DNA of 13,105 nucleotides from Fidelibacterota bacterium (lineage in GTDB: Bacteria; Fidelibacterota; Marinisomatia; Marinisomatales; TCS56), in the NCBI GenBank assembly GCA_043822705.1, contig JBDRBK010000193.1:1-13105 (forward strand), written 5' to 3'. A model generated the notes under the pieces. The model saw only the letters and a program-made list of their open reading frames with translations. It had not been told where the DNA came from and ran no database searches. A program made the translations under genes and the position numbers. Positions 8,502 to 13,105 of the stretch are shown here, piece after piece. Numbering within the stretch: position 1 is the stretch's first letter; the number at the start of each line of letters is the position of its first letter.

Positions 8502-9539
8502 ATGCGACAAGCATTGATCATTACTCTGGTACCGCTGCTGCTGATCCTGGGCGGTTGCCGGACAGCGCCACAGGCGTCTTTTCCAGTCCTGAGCGGCCCC
8601 TACCTGGGGCAGTCTACGCCGGGCGCCGATTCGCAAATCTTCGCCGAGGGCATCGTATCCACCGCCATGTACGAACGGGACGTGGCCGTACTTCCCGACG
8701 GCAAAGAATTCTACTACGGCCTGCTGGACGGTAATTACGCCGTCATCGTCGAATCCAAGCTGGTAAACGGTCGCTGGACCGAACCGGAACTGGCACCGTT
8801 CTCCAGCAATCCCCAATTCCGCAATCTGGAACCACATATTGCACCGGACGGTCAGAAATTCTTCTTCCTGTCAACCCGACCTCAGGAAGGCCAGGAGGCC
8901 AAACCGGGCTGGACCTACCAGGATATTTGGGCCATGGACCGCACCGCAGATGGCTGGAGCGAACCCTACAACCTGGGCCCACCGGTCAATACTGACGAGC
9001 CTGAATACTATCCTTCGGTGACCGCCGGCGGTACTTTATATTTCACCCGCGGTACTCAGAACCAGTACATCTACCGCGCACGGCTGGTGGACGGCCGCTA
9101 CGCCGAGCCGGAGAAACTCCCCGAGCAGGTGAACGCCTCGGGCATGCAGTACAACGCCTGCATCGCCCCCGATGAAAGCTACCTGATCGTCTGCACCCGC
9201 CCCGCCAGCGGGGCCATCGGCCGGGCCGATTACTGTGTCTGTTTCCGCTCCGCCGACGACCGGTGGAGTCCGCCGATCAACCTCGGTCCGAAAGTCAACA
9301 CCCCTGGTTGCAGCGCCATGTCGCCCTTTATCACCGCCGATGGTAAATATTTCTTTTTCAGTTCCCAGCGACAACGCCCCCTGAGCCCGGTTTATTCGCA
9401 GGAAAAGTTCACCTTGCAGGATTTGAAAGACGAATTCGCGCTGGATTTTTCCCGGCCCGGGAACGGCTATTTCGACATCTACTGGATGGACACCAGCCTG
9501 ATCGACAGTCTGAAACAGGATTATTACGGCAACAATTAA
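8502..9539 (+). CDS. PD40/TolB-like beta-propeller lipoprotein
   Basis: Start reassigned to ATG 8502 (AGGAG immediately upstream), giving 345 aa. Lipoprotein-type signal MRQALIITLVPLLLILGG|C. Repeated PD40-like units ('WSEPYNLGPPVNT...EYYPSVT', 'WSPPINLGPKVNT...SPFITADGKYFFFSS') and a C-terminal 'DIYWMD'. Confidence 0.85.
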   Translation: MRQALIITLVPLLLILGGCRTAPQASFPVLSGPYLGQSTPGADSQIFAEGIVSTAMYERDVAVLPDGKEFYYGLLDGNYAVIVESKLVNGRWTEPELAPFSSNPQFRNLEPHIAPDGQKFFFLSTRPQEGQEAKPGWTYQDIWAMDRTADGWSEPYNLGPPVNTDEPEYYPSVTAGGTLYFTRGTQNQYIYRARLVDGRYAEPEKLPEQVNASGMQYNACIAPDESYLIVCTRPASGAIGRADYCVCFRSADDRWSPPINLGPKVNTPGCSAMSPFITADGKYFFFSSQRQRPLSPVYSQEKFTLQDLKDEFALDFSRPGNGYFDIYWMDTSLIDSLKQDYYGNN

Positions 9540-9558
9540 GCGATAAAAGGCGCAGCAC

Positions 9559-10107
9559 ATGAATAATCTGATCGTCTTTCTGATTCTCAGTTTGCCCCTG
9601 GTGCTGGTATCGCGGCGCTCTTTGTCAAATATCCGCAGTCATGGTTTTTATCGTTTCTTAGCCTGGGAAGGAATGCTCTGGCTGCTCATAATTAACCTGC
9701 GGTTCTGGTTTACCGATCCGCTGGCACCGCATCAGCTGACGGCCTGGTTCTGCCTGTTTTATGCGCTGGTGCTGGTAATCGCTGGTACACACTTGTTGCG
9801 GCGGTCCGGCCGGGCCCGATCCGAACGCGATGACGCTACCCTGTACCAGTTCGAGAAGACAACCGCTCTGGTCGAAACCGGCATCTACCGTTACATCCGG
9901 CACCCGCTCTATGGCTCATTGCTGTTTCTGAATTGGGGGATCTTCTTCAAACATCCGGCCGCGGTGCCACTGGGAGTCGCCATACTGGTCAGCATTCTGT
10001 TGACGGCCACCGCCCGGATCGAGGAACAGGAGAATATCGCCTATTTCGGTCCGGCCTACCGCGACTACATGCGGCGCAGCAAAATGTTCGTTCCCTATCT
10101 ATTCTGA
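9559..10107 (+). CDS. Isoprenylcysteine carboxyl methyltransferase (ICMT/Ste14/PEMT) family membrane protein
   Basis: 182 aa, several hydrophobic segments, family motifs 'LVETGIYRYIRHPLYGS', 'ARIEE...FGPAYRDY' and 'FVP'. It lies 19 nt after the upstream gene with AAAGG before the ATG, so it is probably co-transcribed. Confidence 0.9.
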   Translation: MNNLIVFLILSLPLVLVSRRSLSNIRSHGFYRFLAWEGMLWLLIINLRFWFTDPLAPHQLTAWFCLFYALVLVIAGTHLLRRSGRARSERDDATLYQFEKTTALVETGIYRYIRHPLYGSLLFLNWGIFFKHPAAVPLGVAILVSILLTATARIEEQENIAYFGPAYRDYMRRSKMFVPYLF

Positions 10108-10366
10108 CAGAAGGCGTGCCGCTGAAACCCGGACCTGGATAAATTCCAGCCTTAGTGAACATACAGAGACAGAACTGAAACACGATGAATCTTGCTGATT
10201 GGTTAAACTGGGGCCGGGGGAGATTCTTTTGTCTAAATCGGAAAAACAATTTTTACTGCTGCTTTTTGCATGCCCCTGTTCGCAGTGGCGGTACGATTAC
10301 CGGGGCTGGAACAGGATGGCGGCAACGCCCGGCAATTAAAATCAATCGTATCTGGTTCGCCTGTGA

Positions 10367-10395
10367 TTGACGGTTACGGCGGCCGCATTTATTAT
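10367..10395 (+). promoter_or_regulatory. Putative sigma70 promoter
   Basis: TTGACG (10367-10372), 17-nt spacer, TATTAT (10390-10395), 30 nt upstream of ATG 10426. Confidence 0.65.
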
Positions 10396-10425
10396 GTATA
10401 TTCGACCAACTATCGCGGGGTAATC

Positions 10426-10827
10426 ATGAACGTGAAAGATTCTCTTTTAGTGCTGGCCCTGGCGTTACCGCTGCTCGCTGATCCGGCCGAAAATTCACGC
10501 CTCGCCGATCTGAACGCCGACTCGCTCAACCATGTTACAATCCAGGTGCGTAACGGCGGCGGCCTGCCTGAGACCAAAACCGTCAACGATTGTCAGGCGA
10601 TCGCCCGGATCGTGGAATTCCTGCAGGGGATGGAACTGACTACGCCGGCCGGCGGCGACACCACCTATACGCTGGACCATGACGACTGGCGCTTTCATAT
10701 CGTGCTGAACGGATATTATGACCAGGTCTTCCTGTTCGACCGCCGGGCGTTCATCGGCAAATCGGTATATGGGATAAAGCCGGCGACGCTGGCGGAATTC
10801 CACCGTCTCTATTCGGAATTGGAATAG
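10426..10827 (+). CDS. Hypothetical secreted protein (133 aa)
   Basis: ATG 10426 is preceded by GGGG and a good promoter. Signal-peptide-like N-terminus MNVKDSLLVLALALPLLA|D. The ORF-track start at 10270 would run through the promoter and hairpins. No family recognised. Confidence 0.7.
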   Translation: MNVKDSLLVLALALPLLADPAENSRLADLNADSLNHVTIQVRNGGGLPETKTVNDCQAIARIVEFLQGMELTTPAGGDTTYTLDHDDWRFHIVLNGYYDQVFLFDRRAFIGKSVYGIKPATLAEFHRLYSELE

Positions 10828-10929
10828 TCCGAGCACCGGATTTTCACGGACCGCATAACGGGAAAAAATCCATTTTCCGGCATGGGAAAAACTTTGTAAA
10901 ATAACAGGAATTCGGGAAAGGAAGTATCA

Positions 10930-11037
10930 ATGTCTAAAAATCGTGACAAGCAAAAATCAACTGAAAAGAAAAAACCGGCCAAAAGTCTGAAGGAAAAGCG
11001 CAAGGCAAAAAAGGAAAAAGCGACCACTAAAGAGTGA
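10930..11037 (+). CDS. Small lysine-rich protein (35 aa)
   Basis: MSKNRDKQKSTEKKKPAKSLKEKRKAKKEKATTKE*. Purine-rich RBS (GGGAAAGGAAG) upstream, TAAAAT at 10897-10902, and a strong hairpin downstream. Below the ORF-track size cut-off. Confidence 0.75.
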   Translation: MSKNRDKQKSTEKKKPAKSLKEKRKAKKEKATTKE

Positions 11038-11086
11038 TTCGCCGTCACTATTCACGATCTCAGTCGTCGTCCCCGAAAGCCTACTC

Positions 11087-11137
11087 AGCTCCGGGCGGAG
11101 TTCGTTTGAATTCCGCCGCCGGGGGTTCTTCGTCTCT
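11087..11137 (+). terminator. Putative intrinsic terminator
   Basis: Stem GGCGGAGTTC (11094-11103), loop GTTT, GAATTCCGCC (11108-11117), extendable by CTCCGG/CCGGGG. It is followed by an interrupted T-rich tail (TTCTTCGTCTCT). Confidence 0.55.
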
Positions 11138-11359
11138 GCCGGTCAGCTATAAATAAATATTAGCTTATATGGACTTGATCTGATTACATTTTCGCCAGGG
11201 AGTAGTTGATTCTCTTTAATCGTTGACAAGTTACGGTTTTCCTTTAGTTCGATTCTTCGCCGGCACCGGTGCTTAATTCCAGCTCCAGTTAATTAACGGT
11301 TTCATTCCGCCCGTCGCCGAATAGCGCCGGGCCTAAACATCAAACGGAAGAACCGAACG

Positions 11360-11956
11360 ATGGACAATCCGATCATATACTCATTTCTACTATACCTGTT
11401 GTTCATAACCCTGCCGCTGATTCCGGCCCTCCTGATTTATAAAATATTTCCTGAGACGCAGGTGGGGGCCACCGGACTGCTGGGTAACCTTAAAATCAAT
11501 GCCACCGGCGCCTTTGCCGCCTATCTGATTACGTCGATCCTGGGGTTTTTCATTATCACACACATCCAGGGCGAAATAACCAATTTGCGCTACCAGACCT
11601 GGGAGGTGAAGGGTGTCGTCAAATATCTGGACAAGGATAAAAACCTGATACCATTTCAGGACGAACTGGTGGCTCTGACCGATATCAATGTCCGGCCATT
11701 TATCAAGAACAAGACACCCAGTTTCGTGAAGTTCGTCGTCACCGGCAAAGGACGTGATATTATTGTGACATTCGGTCAGTCCGACCGCTTCAATACCAAA
11801 TCGTTTGACCTCTCCAGCGATACGGGGATCAACGTAGACGTTTCCAACCGGTGTATCGATCTGGGTGAAATCTACATCGAAGAATTAAGCTCTTATGAAG
11901 AGGAAAGGAGTGTAACCCGTGGTTCAACCGCCGGTCCGCCGATCATCCCGCAATAG
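11360..11956 (+). CDS. Hypothetical membrane protein (two N-terminal TM helices plus a soluble domain)
   Basis: 198 aa with hydrophobic segments 'IIYSFLLYLLFITLPLIPALLIY' and 'GAFAAYLITSILGFFIIT', then a beta-rich-looking region. GGAAG upstream of the ATG. Confidence 0.8.
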   Translation: MDNPIIYSFLLYLLFITLPLIPALLIYKIFPETQVGATGLLGNLKINATGAFAAYLITSILGFFIITHIQGEITNLRYQTWEVKGVVKYLDKDKNLIPFQDELVALTDINVRPFIKNKTPSFVKFVVTGKGRDIIVTFGQSDRFNTKSFDLSSDTGINVDVSNRCIDLGEIYIEELSSYEEERSVTRGSTAGPPIIPQ

Positions 11957-12299
11957 TTTGATTCCGTTTTTACTGGTCGTTTTACTGCCGGCGCTGCTGG
12001 CCGGCCAGTATCCCGGTACTGATATCCGGGGCAGCATCGTCACTCACAATCCTTACTATAATATTCAGGTCCCGCTGCAGTACGCGGAAGTCGATCTGTA
12101 CAGCTTTAATCCCCTGACCAACCAATGGATTCTGCTGGCGAAAACTGCCACCAATGCCCACGGCTTCTATTTTTTCCACAAACTGCCCGTCGGGAATTAT
12201 TTCATCCAGGTCAACCGAATGAAAAATTACGAGATCATGGTGGTCATGATTGACTATACCCGCTTTCAGTTCCAGGATATGCCGATTTTCTTCTTTTAA
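11919..12299 (+). CDS. Hypothetical secreted protein, carboxypeptidase-regulatory-like/SdrD-B-like beta-sandwich
   Basis: GTG start preceded by AAGGAG. Signal peptide with a basic n-region and hydrophobic core (..RRSSRNSLIPFLLVVLLPALLAG|Q). The pattern 'IRGSI...PLQYAEVDLY...TATNAHGFYFFHKLPVGNYFIQV' fits that fold family. Confidence 0.72.
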   Translation: MVQPPVRRSSRNSLIPFLLVVLLPALLAGQYPGTDIRGSIVTHNPYYNIQVPLQYAEVDLYSFNPLTNQWILLAKTATNAHGFYFFHKLPVGNYFIQVNRMKNYEIMVVMIDYTRFQFQDMPIFFF

Positions 12300-12491
12300 A
12301 ACCGGGCTGTCACTATCGCTGAACCCACCGCCCAAAGCTGCTGTTATCGGCCAGCAATCTGACCGGGATACCGGGCGCGGGAACCAGTCTACACCGTTTC
12401 CGGTTTAATCACTTGCTCGATAAAAAATATTCGGGATAAACTTGATCCTATCAGATATCCACTATATCACTAATTAAACCAAATCGCCCCT

Positions 12492-13105
12492 ATGAAAATT
12501 CTCCCGCATAAAATAATCGTACTGTTACTGCTGGTCGATGCCGTACTTCATTTTACATCCTGTGCTGCTGACGGACCGGTTCCGAAAAACATAATTATAA
12601 TGATCAGCGACGGCGGTGGCTTCAATCACGTGGATGCTGCCAGCCTGTACCAGTACGGTGAAACCGGGCGGCAGGTTTACGAGCAATTCCCGGTGCGGCT
12701 GGCTATGAGCACTTACCTGATTGATCAACCGCCCTACAATCCCGATTCGGCCTGGGCCAGTTTCGATTATATCAAGATCAAACCCACCGATTCTGCCGCT
12801 TCCGGCACAGCCATCGCCACCGGCGTTAAAACCAGCTTCACCCGCCTGGGCGTGGATTCCAGTCTCACCGCGGTGACCAATATAACCGAGCAGGCCGAAA
12901 AAATCGGCAAGGCCACCGGCGTGGTGACCAGCGTTCCGTTCAACAATGCCACCCCGGCCGCCTTCGTGGCCCACAGCGAAGTACGCTATAATTACGAACA
13001 GATCGCTCGGGATATGCTGGCTTACAGCGCCGTCGATGTTATCATGGCCTGCGGCGATGCCCGTTTCGATGACGACGGTAAACCGGTGATCGATCCCGAT
13101 TTCAC
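12492..13105 (+). CDS. Alkaline phosphatase, PhoA family (5' part; runs off the right edge)
   Basis: Translated by hand: MKILPHKIIVLLLLVDAVLHFTSC (signal, possible lipobox)...PKNIIIMISDGGG (metal-binding Asp)...PTDSAASGTAIATGVKT (nucleophile Ser at 12792-12794)...GKATGVVTSVPFNNATPAAFVAHSEVR...VDVIMACG. Not in the ORF track because there is no stop codon in the window. Confidence 0.93.
   Translation, partial: MKILPHKIIVLLLLVDAVLHFTSCAADGPVPKNIIIMISDGGGFNHVDAASLYQYGETGRQVYEQFPVRLAMSTYLIDQPPYNPDSAWASFDYIKIKPTDSAASGTAIATGVKTSFTRLGVDSSLTAVTNITEQAEKIGKATGVVTSVPFNNATPAAFVAHSEVRYNYEQIARDMLAYSAVDVIMACGDARFDDDGKPVIDPDF

Noticed and set aside
10270..10425. N-terminal extension of the 10426-10827 ORF
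   Set aside because: It runs through hairpins and a near-consensus promoter, and the signal peptide begins at ATG 10426.
10809..11048. 79-aa Phe-rich minus-strand ORF
   Set aside because: It is the antisense reading of the lysine-rich microprotein, whose strand carries the RBS and other expression signals.
11223..11250. TTGACA promoter for the 11360 gene
   Set aside because: The -35 is perfect but there is no convincing -10 at 16-18 nt (best is TAGTTC), so it is not listed as a feature.
8502..12299. Integron cassette array, suggested by co-oriented small genes and GCATAAC at 10853-10859
   Set aside because: No matching GTTRRRY core site at attC distance, no repeated attC-like structure between genes, no intI, and several genes have their own promoters.
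12307..12350. Pho box (CTGTCAC, CTGTTAT) upstream of the phosphatase
   Set aside because: These are isolated half-sites without an 11-bp tandem partner, and they lie far from the probable promoter.

Overview
Bacterial chromosomal window with a GC-rich core. The left part (1-8296) is on the minus strand: rlmD, then a tightly packed putative operon of an MthK-like K+ channel (TVGYGD filter plus RCK domain), a stand-alone cyclic-nucleotide-binding protein, valS, a DUF4139-type secreted protein and recG (truncated at the window edge, absent from the ORF track). The right part (8502-13105) is on the plus strand and looks accessory, with AT-richer intergenic stretches. It holds a PD40 beta-propeller lipoprotein, an ICMT/Ste14-family methyltransferase, small hypothetical secreted and membrane proteins, a 35-aa lysine-rich microprotein missed by the ORF track, and the 5' part of an alkaline phosphatase (also missed). 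No rRNA, tRNA, CRISPR array or transposase was seen. The best leads are the channel/cNMP-domain pair (a possible split cyclic-nucleotide-regulated K+ channel), a ~217-nt intergenic segment whose ends can base-pair, the microprotein, and non-canonical catalytic motifs in ValRS (TMGH/KFSKS) and the phosphatase (NATP). The host may be an FCB-related lineage such as Marinimicrobia, but this is only an impression. Family calls come from motif recognition, not database searches.
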